Made by a program: the position numbers and the translations under genes | IMG/VR virus record: IMGVR_UViG_3300050343_000213 | Coordinates: 1-63,948 of that record | Source of the DNA: a virus | Lineage: Duplodnaviria; Caudoviricetes | Length of the DNA: 63,948 nt | Direction: 5' to 3' (one strand) | The notes under the pieces: generated by a model | What the model was told of the DNA's origin: nothing | The model's database searches: none | What the model saw: the letters and a program-made list of their open reading frames with translations, nothing else | In this document: positions 36,205 to 47,767 of the stretch, in pieces | Layout: the number at the start of each line of letters is the position of its first letter | Numbering within the stretch: position 1 is the first letter of the stretch

Positions 36205-37398
36205 ATGTCAAAAAAAATGGAAGCTAAAGCCGTAGAAGCTGAAGAGTTGTCTACAGCTGAAAGAGAGCAAAAAGTACAAGAAAATGCGGGAGTCAAGATT
36301 GACGACGGTGTTTACAAGGTGGATTTATCAAAACCACCAACAACAGAAGTTGAACCAGAACCAGAGGCGGTTGTAGAAGAACCCGTGGAGGAAGAGGTTA
36401 AAGAGGAACCAGTATTAGAAGAAAGTACTGAAGAACCAAAACAGGAAACTGAGGAGGTTGAAGAAGTAATATTAGAAGAGATAACAGAAGAGCCAGAGGC
36501 TGAGAAGCAAGAAGATGAAATTGTTGAACCTGAAGTAAAAAAAGAGGAGGCAATAAAAGAAGAGAAGCAGGATTATCCAGAAAACATCGAAGAGCTTGTC
36601 AAGTTCATGAATGAAACTGGAGGAACTTTGGAAGATTATGTTAAATTAAATAAAGACTACGCAGGTTATGAAGACATGTCTTTGTTAAGAGAATATTACG
36701 AAAAGGCAAAACCACATTTAACATCTGATGAAATAAGTTTTTTAATTGAAGACAAATTTTCATTTGATGAAGAAATTGATGAGCCTAAAGATATTAAAAG
36801 AAGAAAATTAGCGTTTAAAGAAGAGGTGGCAGCAGCCAAAAATCATCTTGAAGGACAAAAAGCTAATTATTATAAAGAAATTAAAGCTGGATCTAAGTTA
36901 ACACAAGACCAGCAAAAAGCGGTAGACTTTTTTAACAGATACAATGAGGAGTCTGAGGAATCGCAAAAAATAACACAGCACCAAAGAGCTGTATTTAACA
37001 ATAAGACTGACAATCTTTTTAACAATCAATTCAAAGGTTTTGAATATAAGGTTGGTGACAAGAAGTACAGATTTAATGTTAAGAATGTGAATGAGATTAA
37101 AAAATCCCAAAGTGATATTTCAAATTTTACTAAGAAGTTCTTAAACAAAAATAATGAAATGAGCGATGCAAGTGGTTATCATAAATCTTTATTTACAGCA
37201 ATGAATGCAGACGCAATTGCAAATCATTTTTACGAACAAGGCAAAACTGACGCTATTAAAGAATCAGTTAAGTCTGCTAAGAATATCAATATGGATCCGA
37301 GGTCGGGTCACAAAACTATTGAGTCTGGCGGAATAAAAGCGAAAGTAGTTGGCGGTTTGGATTCAAAAAACCTTAAATTAAAACTTAAAAATTATTAA
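36205..37398 (+). CDS. Capsid scaffolding protein
   Basis: Very acidic E/P-rich N-terminus; lies between portal and capsid genes. Confidence 0.65.
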   Translation: MSKKMEAKAVEAEELSTAEREQKVQENAGVKIDDGVYKVDLSKPPTTEVEPEPEAVVEEPVEEEVKEEPVLEESTEEPKQETEEVEEVILEEITEEPEAEKQEDEIVEPEVKKEEAIKEEKQDYPENIEELVKFMNETGGTLEDYVKLNKDYAGYEDMSLLREYYEKAKPHLTSDEISFLIEDKFSFDEEIDEPKDIKRRKLAFKEEVAAAKNHLEGQKANYYKEIKAGSKLTQDQQKAVDFFNRYNEESEESQKITQHQRAVFNNKTDNLFNNQFKGFEYKVGDKKYRFNVKNVNEIKKSQSDISNFTKKFLNKNNEMSDASGYHKSLFTAMNADAIANHFYEQGKTDAIKESVKSAKNINMDPRSGHKTIESGGIKAKVVGGLDSKNLKLKLKNY

Positions 37399-37401
37399 AA
37401 A

Positions 37402-38832
37402 ATGGCAACAAACGTTTCATTTGCTGGCCCAGCGGCTGGCAGTATAATTAGCCCAAGTGCACAAAAACAAACACTTGCATCTAATTATTTAAATTTCCAC
37501 GGTTCAGGTGGAGCAAATTGGTCACAACAATATTTACCTGAATTGTATGAACAAGAAGTAGAAAGATATGGAAATAGAACTATATCTTCTTTCTTAAGAA
37601 TGGTAAGTGCAGAAATGCCTATGGCTTCTGATCAAGTTATTTGGTCTGAACAAGGTAGATTACACTTATCTTACAATGGTTCAATAAACCCTGCAAATGG
37701 AATTATTGACACTATCACAGGAATTGACTCTGGGACTGCAGAGGCTCACGCTGTAAGAAAAGGAGCAACTGTAGTAGCTTCTATTGGATCTGACGTATTC
37801 AAAGCGTACGTAACAGCTGGTATCGAAGCATCAACGTCTTCTTTAACTATCAAGCCTTACGGTGGTGCGAATGTAGAGGATATAGGATCTATCGGTTCTA
37901 CTGATAATCAAGCAATTAAATTTTTCGTATACGGTTCTGAATACGGAAAAGGATCTGCAAGTATGACTGACGCTGTTGAGCCAACTTTCAAGTCTTTTAC
38001 TAATAAGCCACTTATTATTAAAGATCACTACGAAGTTAATGGTTCTGACACAGCTCAGATCGGATGGGTAGAAGTATCTGGAGAGTCTGGACAAAACGGA
38101 TTCTTATGGTATTTAAAAGCAGAAGGTGACACAAGAGTAAGATATGAAGATTACTTAGAAATGGTAATGATTGAAGCTGAGAAAAAAGATGGTGGAGACG
38201 CTGCAGTACCAGATGGTTCTGAAGGGTTATTTTCTGCAATCTCTTCAAGAGGTATCGTAGCAAGTAATCAATTTGACTCAGCTACACCAGCTGCTGATAA
38301 ACTTCCTGAATTTGACTTATTATTAAAAGAATTAGACAAACAAGGATCAATTGAAGAAAACATGTTATTCTTAGATAGAGATGCAAATCTTTACTTCGAT
38401 GATATGCTAGCAGGATTAAACCCGAATATTTCAGGTGGTTTATCATTTGGAGTTTTTGAAAACTCTCAAGATATGGCACTTAATTTAGGTTTCTCTGGAT
38501 TTAGAAGAGGTTCTTATGACTTCTACAAAACTGACTGGAAATATCTTAATGATAAATCTACAAGAGGTTTAGTAGGTGGTATAAGCGGACTTTTAGTTCC
38601 AGCTGGTACATCTTCAGTGTATGACCAACAATTAGGTAAAAATGTTAGAAGACCTTTCTTACACGTAAGATATAGAGCTTCTGAGACTGATGACAGAAGA
38701 ATGAAATCTTGGATTACTGGTTCAGTAGGCGGTGCGCAGACTACTGGTGATGACAAAATGGAAGTTCACTATTTATCAGAAAGATGTTTAGTAGCACAAG
38801 CAACGAATAATTTTGTGTTATTTAACTCTTAA
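37402..38832 (+). CDS. Major capsid protein
   Basis: Position, size, strongly biased codons, downstream hairpin; QQYLPELYEQEVERYGNR, LGFSGFRRGSYDFYKTDWKYLND. Confidence 0.82.
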   Translation: MATNVSFAGPAAGSIISPSAQKQTLASNYLNFHGSGGANWSQQYLPELYEQEVERYGNRTISSFLRMVSAEMPMASDQVIWSEQGRLHLSYNGSINPANGIIDTITGIDSGTAEAHAVRKGATVVASIGSDVFKAYVTAGIEASTSSLTIKPYGGANVEDIGSIGSTDNQAIKFFVYGSEYGKGSASMTDAVEPTFKSFTNKPLIIKDHYEVNGSDTAQIGWVEVSGESGQNGFLWYLKAEGDTRVRYEDYLEMVMIEAEKKDGGDAAVPDGSEGLFSAISSRGIVASNQFDSATPAADKLPEFDLLLKELDKQGSIEENMLFLDRDANLYFDDMLAGLNPNISGGLSFGVFENSQDMALNLGFSGFRRGSYDFYKTDWKYLNDKSTRGLVGGISGLLVPAGTSSVYDQQLGKNVRRPFLHVRYRASETDDRRMKSWITGSVGGAQTTGDDKMEVHYLSERCLVAQATNNFVLFNS

Positions 38833-38840
38833 TACTTAAC

Positions 38841-38881
38841 GTAATTTTTACCCTCGTTGTTCTGACGGGGGTAATCATTAC
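38841..38881 (+). terminator. Hairpin after the major capsid gene
   Basis: TTACCCTCGT-TGTTCTG-ACGGGGGTAA extended by GTAAT/ATTAC. Confidence 0.6.
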
Positions 38882-38908
38882 TCTATTAATTTTTTATTAT
38901 ATTATATC

Positions 38909-39703
38909 ATGGCAAAAAAAGAAAAGGAAGCGGTAGCAGTAGCAGAACCGCAAATAAAAGAAGTTAAAACTTCTAAAACCCCAAAATGGGAAATAAAAGA
39001 TAGGGTTTACGAATTAACGTCAAAAAAAACACCTATTGTATTCATATTAAAAAGTAGAGGATTACTTTGGTTTGATAAAGAACTAGGGTACGAAAGAGAA
39101 ATTAAATATTGTGAAAATCAAAAGACAGTATTTTTAGATGAAATGAAAGGACCAGAAAGATTAAGTCACATTATATTTAGAGACGGAAGGCTTTTTGTAC
39201 CAAAAGAAAAAACAACTTTACAGAAGTTTCTTTCTAATTTTCATCCGGATAACGGGAAAAGATTCATAGAACATAACCCGGTTCAAATAGCAGAAGATGA
39301 CATTAGTTATCTTGAAACTGAAATTGAAGCTTTAAATTTAGCACAACAAATTGATATTGATCAAACAGAAGCAATACTTAGAACAGAATTAGGTAATAAA
39401 GTATCTACAATGACTTCTAAGGAACTTAAAAGAGATTTATTATTATTTGCTAGGAGAAATCCAGAGCTATTCTTAGAGTTGGTTAAAGACGAAAACATAA
39501 GTATAAGAAATGTTGGTATAAAATCAGTTGAAATGGGTATTGTTAAACTTTCAAGTGATCAAAGAACATTTAAATGGGCATCGAATGACAGAAAACTTAT
39601 AACAGTTCCTTTTGATGAAAATCCATATTCAGCTTTAGCAGCATATTTCAAAACCGATGAAGGTGTTGAAGTATATCAAACTATTGAAAAGAAATTAAAG
39701 TAA
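38909..39703 (+). CDS. Conserved-type hypothetical protein downstream of MCP
   Basis: 264-aa ORF in the structural module. Confidence 0.6.
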   Translation: MAKKEKEAVAVAEPQIKEVKTSKTPKWEIKDRVYELTSKKTPIVFILKSRGLLWFDKELGYEREIKYCENQKTVFLDEMKGPERLSHIIFRDGRLFVPKEKTTLQKFLSNFHPDNGKRFIEHNPVQIAEDDISYLETEIEALNLAQQIDIDQTEAILRTELGNKVSTMTSKELKRDLLLFARRNPELFLELVKDENISIRNVGIKSVEMGIVKLSSDQRTFKWASNDRKLITVPFDENPYSALAAYFKTDEGVEVYQTIEKKLK

Positions 39704-39710
39704 GCAATTG

Positions 39711-39745
39711 TAGGTAAGGGCCTACTATTGTGGGCCTTTAACCTA
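39711..39745 (+). terminator. Intergenic hairpin
   Basis: TAGGT-AAGGGCCTAC-TATT-GTGGGCCTTT-AACCTA. Confidence 0.6.
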
Positions 39746-39758
39746 TAATAAAAATAAA

Positions 39759-40451
39759 ATGAGTGTAAACATAAATACTGTATACCAAGCGGTGTTAGCT
39801 GTGACTAACAAAGAACAACGAGGTTATATAACGCCTCAGGAATTTAATTATCTTGCGAATCAAGCTCAATTAGATATATTTGAGCAATATTTTTATGATG
39901 TAAATCAGTTCAGTAGACTTCCTGGTAACAGCACAGAATATTCTGATATGGTAGACATATTAGATGAAAAAATAAGTTTATTTGAAAAAACTTCACAAGC
40001 CATAACTGGCGGAATAACTTTACCTAGCGATCTATATAGGTTAGGCAGTGTTATATTTAATAACGCTGAAGCATCACAAGTTAAACAAAAGGATTGGATA
40101 TATATAAAATCCACACCTTTAAATCAACCAACAAACGATTTTCCTATTTTCATTAAAGATGAAAGCGGAGTTAAAATTTACGGTAAAGACGCAAGCGGTA
40201 ATGTAGAACAAAAGACATCAGGTGTTACTTGTAACTATATAAAACAACCTGTAGTTGTATCTTGGGCCTATAATTCTGTAACTGGAACTTACGATGCTAG
40301 TAATTCAATTAATTTCGAATTACACCCTTCTGAAGAAACCGAACTTATAATTAAAATATTAGGTTTAGCTGGTATAATACTTAAAGATAATTCTTTATAC
40401 GGTATTGCTAGTGGCGAAGACGTAAAGAACACTCAACAAGAAAAATCATAA
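39759..40451 (+). CDS. Putative head-tail adaptor/ring protein
   Basis: NKEQRGYITPQEFN...AQLDIFEQYF; position. Confidence 0.55.
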   Translation: MSVNINTVYQAVLAVTNKEQRGYITPQEFNYLANQAQLDIFEQYFYDVNQFSRLPGNSTEYSDMVDILDEKISLFEKTSQAITGGITLPSDLYRLGSVIFNNAEASQVKQKDWIYIKSTPLNQPTNDFPIFIKDESGVKIYGKDASGNVEQKTSGVTCNYIKQPVVVSWAYNSVTGTYDASNSINFELHPSEETELIIKILGLAGIILKDNSLYGIASGEDVKNTQQEKS

Positions 40452-40454
40452 TAA

Positions 40455-41321
40455 ATGGGGCTACTTAATCAATCACAACAACAATATCACGAAGGCGGAG
40501 ATTTCGGAGGCTATCAATTTGTAACGCTAAAAGACATTATAAACAACTTTATGTTGTCTTATGTGGGCGAAGATAAAATTATAGCTAAGATAAAAAGAAC
40601 CAACGTAGCTTTCTATGCACAAAGAGCATTGCAAGAGCTTAGTTATGATACATTAAAATCTGAAAAATCTAGGGAAATAGACATTCCACCTACATTAGTG
40701 ATGGCGTTACCGCAAGACTACGTTAATTACGTTAAAGTAAGTTGGGTTGATGTGAACGGTGCTGAGCACGTTTTAATTCCAGCATCACAAACAAGTAATC
40801 CAGAGGCTATTATACAAGATGATCAATATAATTTTACATTTGATTCGGAGGGTAACTTATTAAAAGCCAATGAATCTGAAACATGGAAAAAATTTAAAGG
40901 TCAAAATACAGGGTCTGATGCTGTTAATGATTTTTATTTAACAGAAACTCTTGACGGCAAAAGATACGGATCTAGTCCTGAAAATATGAATTCAAACGGA
41001 TCTTTTTATATTGATCCTATAAAATCAAGAATACACTTCTCCGGTAACTTAACAGATAAAACTGTAACTTTAAAATATATAACAGATGGTTTGGCTACTG
41101 ATGCTGAAATGAAAATACATAAACTAGCTGAAGAAGCGATGTACAAATGTATAGCATATTATATTTTAGAAACTAAAATAAACACGCCAGAGTATCTAGT
41201 AATGAGATACAGAAAAGATAAGTTTGCTTCAGTTAGAAAAGCAAAACTAAGATTATCAAATATTAAACTTAGTGAACTCTCACAAGCTTTAAGAGGTAAA
41301 TCCAAACAGATAAAACACTAG
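40455..41321 (+). CDS. Putative tail ring/tubular protein
   Basis: LPQDYVNYVKVSW; position before the large tail protein. Confidence 0.55.
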   Translation: MGLLNQSQQQYHEGGDFGGYQFVTLKDIINNFMLSYVGEDKIIAKIKRTNVAFYAQRALQELSYDTLKSEKSREIDIPPTLVMALPQDYVNYVKVSWVDVNGAEHVLIPASQTSNPEAIIQDDQYNFTFDSEGNLLKANESETWKKFKGQNTGSDAVNDFYLTETLDGKRYGSSPENMNSNGSFYIDPIKSRIHFSGNLTDKTVTLKYITDGLATDAEMKIHKLAEEAMYKCIAYYILETKINTPEYLVMRYRKDKFASVRKAKLRLSNIKLSELSQALRGKSKQIKH

Positions 41322-41324
41322 AAT

Positions 41325-44300
41325 ATGCCTGAAATTAAAAACGCTTTCCTCAAGGGCAAAATGAATAAAGACCTTGACGAAAGATTAGTTCCTAATGGTG
41401 AATATAGAGATGCATTAAACGTAGACGTTGATTATTCAAGTAATAGTGACGTGGGGGCGTTAAAAAACATTTTAGGTAATACATTAATTGATTCAATCAA
41501 TGTAGCAGCAGCAACATGTATTGGTAGTGTAGCAGACACTGAAAATAATAAAATATACTGGTTAATAGCATCAGCTGTTAAAGATATAATAGCAGAATAT
41601 GACCAAGCAACTGGAGCTGTAAGTCCTGTTATAGTTGATTTTGGGTTTGTATTAAATTTCAATGTCTCAAATCTAGTTACAGGAATAAATATATTAGATG
41701 AAACGTTATATTTTACAGATGATTTAAACGAGCCTAAACAAGTTGATATAGCGTATTGGAAAACGCAAACAGCTGACTTTAATACAGGGACAACAGGTTT
41801 ATTAGAAGAAAGAATAACTGTTATTAAAAAATCTCCACTGCAAGCTCCAACATTAGATATGAATAGTTCTACTAGGGGCGGTAACGGTACACAAGGCAAT
41901 ACACAAGTAACCGTAGATTTAAATTTAGCAGATACTGGTGGTCAGGTTACAGTATTGTATGCACCACTAGATTCCGGAGATGATGTAGTTGGTACGTTTT
42001 CATTAGCACCAAATTACAAACCAGGAGATATAATCGTATTAAAACATATTTTTACCGACGCAGCTAGCAATGAAGAAAGCAGTTTAGAGGCTAGATTGTT
42101 GTTAAAATCAACATATGTAGCGCAAGCAACATTTTTTCAAGCTGAATTATTAACTGTAAGTGAGCTTGTTCCTGGCGCTATTGTACAATGGGAGGTATTA
42201 CTAGAAGAAGATGAACCTTTGTTTGAACTAAAGTTTCCTTTGTTTTCGTATAGATACAAATATACCAATGGCCAATACAGTTGTTTTGCACCTTTCTCAA
42301 AAGCGGCATTTTTACCAGATTCTAGTAAAGTTGGAGATGATTTTGAATACGATTCAAAAAATGGTTATAATGTAGGTATGACAAATACATTAAGACAACT
42401 AGAATTGCAGGATTTAAACCATAACATTGGAATAGATGTTGAGGAAGTCGATGTATTGTATAAAGATTCTTTAAACAGTAATGTTTATATTGTTGATACT
42501 ATTAAAAAAGTCAATGGTTCTTTAGCGACTACATTTGAGATTAAAGATGAACAAATATTTAAAACAGTTGAAGCAAATCAATTGTTAAGATTATTTGATA
42601 GTGTGCCTAAAAAAGCTAAATCACAGGAAATATCAGCAAATAGAATTATATACGGTAATTATACACATCAATTTGATTTACCAAATAACAATCCTTTGTT
42701 TGATATAAAACTTAAAAACAGATACAACCCTAGCGACACTACATACACGGAAGACAAGAAAGAAATGTTATCTATTAAATCTAATAGAACATATCAAATG
42801 GGTGTGGTTTATATAGACAAGTATGGAAGACAAACTCCAATACTAACAGATAAATCTGGTATTATTAAAGTTCCTTTCAATCAAGCTAAAAATAAAACTC
42901 AATTTGAAGTTAGTGTTACTAACGGACTAACAAGTGGTTTTGAAAACTATAAATATTTTATAAAAGAAATATCTTCAACAACCTACAACTTGTGTGCAGA
43001 TAGTTTTTATCAAGATGATGAAGGGGCAATATACATATCTTTCCCATCATCTGAAATAAATAAAGTAAAAGAAGACGATATATTATTGTTAAAAAAGAAA
43101 GCTGGTAATAACTTAAGTGAAGACGGAAGTAAATTTAAAGTTTTAGATAAACTTAGTGTAGTGCCTGATTTCTTGGCCAAACCACTAAGACCAGAATATG
43201 TTCCAGAATATTTTAATTTTGGAAGACAATTTAATAGAGATAGTGGATATGCAGCACAGCCTTCAAACAGCGAAAGGGATGGTGGATATATGGGTACAAA
43301 TGCATCACAATCTGGTGGTAAAGCTTGGTTTTTAGAGCCAGGATCAACACCTGTTCCAAACCATAACTCTATTATAATAAGAGACATGTTCAACGTTGGT
43401 GACACGCAAATAGCAGATGCTGACTCACAATATACCGCCGCATTTAATGGTATTTCATCTGAAGCTAAAGACGCTATGAGACCAGGCTCTAAAATAAGAT
43501 GGAATGTCGGAGGTGCACAAACAAAAATTTATACTATAAAATCATTTCAAATTGGTACAGGACCGACCAGTACATCACATGATGATGCTGAAGTAACTTT
43601 TGAAGAAGAGTTTGGACAAGATGTTTTAGTATTATACGATGAACAAGATTACGAAGATAATCCTAGAATTGCTGTTTTAGCACAGGGTATAACGATAGAA
43701 ACTTTAAATACTAAAGATGAAAGTGGTAAAGCTGAATACGCTGGTAAGTTTTTTATAAAATTACAGGCACAAACAAATTTACTAAATGAATTAGTTGACA
43801 CAACAAACACTGACCAATTAGTCGCAAGATCAACAGTTAGATTTGATGGATATGACGATGGTAACTTTAACAACGCTGAAAGTAATAGTTACAGACAGTT
43901 TTTTATTGCATATGGAGGTAAAGCAGGAACAGATTCATCACAATTGTCTTCTTTATCAAGACCACTTAATCAAGGTGGTTGGGCTCATTCAACAGCTGGT
44001 TTAAGTTTACCTGCAAACTGGGAAGATGAAGGTTATCATTTTGTTCTACAAACCGAAAGAAAACTAAACGATAACAATAGTAATTATGGTAGCCATCCTT
44101 TCATAAAAAATTTAAAAGAAGATAATTATATAAGATTTAGCGGTTTTAAATATAGTGGAACTACAAGGTGGTTTGATGAAAAATATTACAAAATAAAAAA
44201 GATATTAAGAAGAGATTACACTGGGAGTGGAGATGATAATAATAATAGATTGTTCTTTATAAAACTAGACCAAGCTTTAGATTATGATTTAACATTCCGT

Positions 44301-45887
44301 GATCAATCTAGCCAGCAAAGTACAACGGGTAGAGGATACTCGTATGCAACTGTTTTTGATTTTGATAGATATAAAGCTATAAATATAACTAACCCTCCTA
44401 TATTTGAGGTTGAGCCGAAGGATGATGTGGACATTGATATATATTATGAAACTCAAGAAGTTTTTCCAGTAAGCTCTATTACAACAGCTAAGAATTTACA
44501 GTACCATAACTGTTATAGTTTTGGTAATGGCGTAGAGTCATTTGTTATAAGAGACGATTACAATGCACCCGCTCTCGGTAAAGGGGTTAGGGTTTCAACT
44601 GTATTTGAAGACAATTATCAAGAAGAAACACTTAAGAGTGGTTTAATATATTCACAGATATACAACGGTAAAAGCTCTGTTAATAGATTAAATCAGTTTA
44701 TTATAGCTGATAAAATTACTAAAAATTTAAATCCTGAATACGGCAGCATACAAAAGCTTTACGGAAGAGACACGGATCTACTTGCATTTTGTGAAGACAA
44801 AATTATCAAGATATTAGCTAATAAAGACGCTGTATTCAACGCAGATGGTAATCCGCAGTTAATTGCAAGCAATAGAGTACTTGGTCAAGCTATTATACCA
44901 GCTACATTTGGCTCATACGGCATCTCTAAGAACCCTGAAAGTTTTGTAGAGTTTACTTATAGATCTTACTTTGTAGACAAAGCTAGAGGCTGCGTATTAA
45001 GACTGTCAGCAGACGGTATAACAGAGGTTTCAAACTACGGATTAAAAGATTACTTTAGAGATAATCTTTCTACACAAACAGGACACATATACGGTACTTA
45101 TGACTCTACAAAAGGTCAATATAATTTAAGTTTGCCCACATCCGTGAACACAACACTTTCATTTTCAGAAAGTATAAACGGATGGGTAAGTAGAAAAAGC
45201 TTTATACCAGAAAGCGGGTTAAGCTTAAACAATAAGTATTACACCTTCAATCAAGGACATTTATATGAGCACCACAACGGGGCTACAAATACTTTTTACG
45301 GAACTAAAACTGATTCAGAAGTTACTTTCTTATTAAACGAAGCACCTGCTAATGTTAAAAACTTCAGAACTCTGAATTATGAAGGAGATGAGGGATGGTA
45401 CTGTGATTCCATAATAACAAATAAACAAGATGGTCAAATATCAACGTTTATTGAAAAAGAAGGTAAATACTTTAATTATATATCGGGCATTGAGGAAAAT
45501 GAAAATACTGTAGATACTAAAGCTTTTAACGTTCAAGGATTAGGCTATTTAACATCTCAAGCGTTGTCGGGTAGTAATAAAGTGTATACTTTTAATTTTG
45601 AATTAAACAAAGAAATACAATTAAACGACAAACTTTATTATGTAGATTCTTCTAATATAAAGCAAGATTTAGGCAGTATAACCGCAATAGATAAAGTAAA
45701 TAAAACAATAACAGTTGTAGATGGCTTAGGTGTTCCGCAGAGTAACGCTTACATGTTCTTTGTTAAGAACGCTAAATTTAATACTTCTGGAGTTTTAGGT
45801 TATTATGCTACTGTAAAAATGAAAAACGAATCAACTACGCCAAAAGAGCTTTACTCTGTTGGTTCTGAAATTAGTATAAGTAGTTAA
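41325..45887 (+). CDS. Large tail stabilisation/nozzle-like protein with central insertion
   Basis: N-terminal GKMNKDLDERLVPNGEYRDALNV; C-terminal YGISKNPESF...YFVDKARGCVLRLSADGITEVS...KEGKYFNYI. Confidence 0.7.
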   Translation: MPEIKNAFLKGKMNKDLDERLVPNGEYRDALNVDVDYSSNSDVGALKNILGNTLIDSINVAAATCIGSVADTENNKIYWLIASAVKDIIAEYDQATGAVSPVIVDFGFVLNFNVSNLVTGINILDETLYFTDDLNEPKQVDIAYWKTQTADFNTGTTGLLEERITVIKKSPLQAPTLDMNSSTRGGNGTQGNTQVTVDLNLADTGGQVTVLYAPLDSGDDVVGTFSLAPNYKPGDIIVLKHIFTDAASNEESSLEARLLLKSTYVAQATFFQAELLTVSELVPGAIVQWEVLLEEDEPLFELKFPLFSYRYKYTNGQYSCFAPFSKAAFLPDSSKVGDDFEYDSKNGYNVGMTNTLRQLELQDLNHNIGIDVEEVDVLYKDSLNSNVYIVDTIKKVNGSLATTFEIKDEQIFKTVEANQLLRLFDSVPKKAKSQEISANRIIYGNYTHQFDLPNNNPLFDIKLKNRYNPSDTTYTEDKKEMLSIKSNRTYQMGVVYIDKYGRQTPILTDKSGIIKVPFNQAKNKTQFEVSVTNGLTSGFENYKYFIKEISSTTYNLCADSFYQDDEGAIYISFPSSEINKVKEDDILLLKKKAGNNLSEDGSKFKVLDKLSVVPDFLAKPLRPEYVPEYFNFGRQFNRDSGYAAQPSNSERDGGYMGTNASQSGGKAWFLEPGSTPVPNHNSIIIRDMFNVGDTQIADADSQYTAAFNGISSEAKDAMRPGSKIRWNVGGAQTKIYTIKSFQIGTGPTSTSHDDAEVTFEEEFGQDVLVLYDEQDYEDNPRIAVLAQGITIETLNTKDESGKAEYAGKFFIKLQAQTNLLNELVDTTNTDQLVARSTVRFDGYDDGNFNNAESNSYRQFFIAYGGKAGTDSSQLSSLSRPLNQGGWAHSTAGLSLPANWEDEGYHFVLQTERKLNDNNSNYGSHPFIKNLKEDNYIRFSGFKYSGTTRWFDEKYYKIKKILRRDYTGSGDDNNNRLFFIKLDQALDYDLTFRDQSSQQSTTGRGYSYATVFDFDRYKAINITNPPIFEVEPKDDVDIDIYYETQEVFPVSSITTAKNLQYHNCYSFGNGVESFVIRDDYNAPALGKGVRVSTVFEDNYQEETLKSGLIYSQIYNGKSSVNRLNQFIIADKITKNLNPEYGSIQKLYGRDTDLLAFCEDKIIKILANKDAVFNADGNPQLIASNRVLGQAIIPATFGSYGISKNPESFVEFTYRSYFVDKARGCVLRLSADGITEVSNYGLKDYFRDNLSTQTGHIYGTYDSTKGQYNLSLPTSVNTTLSFSESINGWVSRKSFIPESGLSLNNKYYTFNQGHLYEHHNGATNTFYGTKTDSEVTFLLNEAPANVKNFRTLNYEGDEGWYCDSIITNKQDGQISTFIEKEGKYFNYISGIEENENTVDTKAFNVQGLGYLTSQALSGSNKVYTFNFELNKEIQLNDKLYYVDSSNIKQDLGSITAIDKVNKTITVVDGLGVPQSNAYMFFVKNAKFNTSGVLGYYATVKMKNESTTPKELYSVGSEISISS

Positions 45888-45921
45888 CGTGTAATTATAA
45901 ATATAACAAAAACAATATAAT

Positions 45922-46578
45922 ATGGATCCAATAACAGCGGGGCTTGCGGTAAAAGGAGCTGCAAAGGCAGTAGGCGGTGTAGTTAAGACCGTCGGTTCAT
46001 TATTTGGCGGAGGTAAAAGAAGAAGAGAGCAAAGAGAAGCTAAAGCAGAGCTAGGTAGATATAAAGAAAAATATGACCAATTAGATACTTCCAACCCTTA
46101 CGCGAACATAACTAACCCTTACCAAAACTTAACAGTCAACACTCAGGCAGCTGATTTTGCAGCACAGCAAAATTCTCAAAATTCGGCTAATATAATGAGT
46201 GGATTAGCTGCTGCTGCAGGAGGTAGTGGTATTGCCGCATTAGCACAATCTATGGCAAATAGCCAAGCGCAGCAAACACAACAAGCTTCTGCTAGTATTG
46301 CACAGCAGGAATCTAAAAATCAAATTATGGCTGCTCAAGGTGAAAACCAAAGACAAATAGCTGTAGCAAAAGGTGAAGAGAAATCAAGACAAATGCAGGC
46401 GGATAAAGTAGGTACACAAATGGGCATGGCACAGTCAAGGGTAACTGCAGCAAATGAAGCTAGAGCCGCTGCAAAAGCTGATTTAGTTGGCGGTCTAAGT
46501 GATGCGGTTGGTGGAGCAGCACAAGCCTACGCAGGCACTGCTGCAGGCCAAGAGTTTCTAGAAGAACAAGTCGGATAA
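45922..46578 (+). CDS. Putative internal virion (ejection) protein
   Basis: A/G/Q-rich helical protein starting MDPITAGL. Confidence 0.55.
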   Translation: MDPITAGLAVKGAAKAVGGVVKTVGSLFGGGKRRREQREAKAELGRYKEKYDQLDTSNPYANITNPYQNLTVNTQAADFAAQQNSQNSANIMSGLAAAAGGSGIAALAQSMANSQAQQTQQASASIAQQESKNQIMAAQGENQRQIAVAKGEEKSRQMQADKVGTQMGMAQSRVTAANEARAAAKADLVGGLSDAVGGAAQAYAGTAAGQEFLEEQVG

Positions 46579-46589
46579 ACTAATATAAT

Positions 46590-47761
46590 ATGGCAACAAA
46601 AAAATCACAATCAATAAATTCTCAATTAATATCTGGAGCATATAAAGCAGCAAGATCTGGTGGTTATCAAAAATCAAATTTTAAATTAGATTTAGATGGC
46701 GTAGCAGATATGTTAACTGCGAAGGCGGCTGCAAATCAAAAATTACAAGAAGAAGCGGAAGAAATGTTAGATTTTCAACCAGCTCTTGGAAAGATTAGTG
46801 AAAACGATCAAGGGCCATTATTAAATTATTTTAGTGGGGTTAAAAATCAAATGGCTGATATTCATACAGAAATGCAGGGAGCAGATAAAGAAACTAGAAT
46901 TAGATTACAAGGTGAGTTGGCTAGGCTGAAGCAAACGGCGATTACAGCAAATGAATCTTTAACACAACGTTCTCAAATTTCAGAAGACTACGCAGAATCT
47001 GTAACCAACAATGAACTAACAGGAGCGATGGACCCCGTTAGAAGAGCTCAATTAAATAAAATACATATTGAAAAAGATTACGAGTTAATTTTAGAAAATG
47101 GTCAAACTTCTTATAAGCTACCAGACGGGAGTATATTAACAAATAAAGAAGCTAATGATTTTAAATTAAAAGCTTTTGATCAACAAAAGGCTATTACTGA
47201 ATTGTCTGACGATTTTTTTAAAGATGGTTATCAAAACAAACCTTTAGGGCCCGATGCATTAGATAGCCACCACTCAAAGTTTAATGAAAAATTTAACTAA
47301 AGACGCAATAGAATCTTTAAAATCTGATAAATTACTTAGGAGACCAAGATTGAGTAATTGATGAAAAAGAAGAATATGCTGCTATTAATTTAAAATACGG
47401 AACAAATTATAAGGTAGGGGACGAATTGCAAGAAGAGCATGAGCGATACGGCGTGGCGAACAATATAACAGGTCATTTGAAGAATGTGCATGCATCGGGT
47501 ATGAAGGATTATCAAGCTAAACAAAATCCAATCACCACAGGAAGCATGCCTATTGACGGTACACTTCCTTATATTGACACTAGAAATGCAGGGGCATTAA
47601 TATGGTATGAAGAATTTGGTGCTTACGGACCGGGTATAAAAAATCCAACTGGTGGTATGCCACTGGAAGACAAGGATTTGAAAAAAGATAGTAAATTATT
47701 AGTTAAAGATGCTCAAGCATTAAATAGTATGGCTGTTGGGTTATCTGCGCCATTCAAATAA
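46590..47761 (+). CDS. Putative internal virion protein (frame broken about 47280-47430)
   Basis: ORFs 46590..47300 and 47426..47761 with coding-like sequence between. Confidence 0.45.
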
Positions 47762-47767
47762 AATTTT

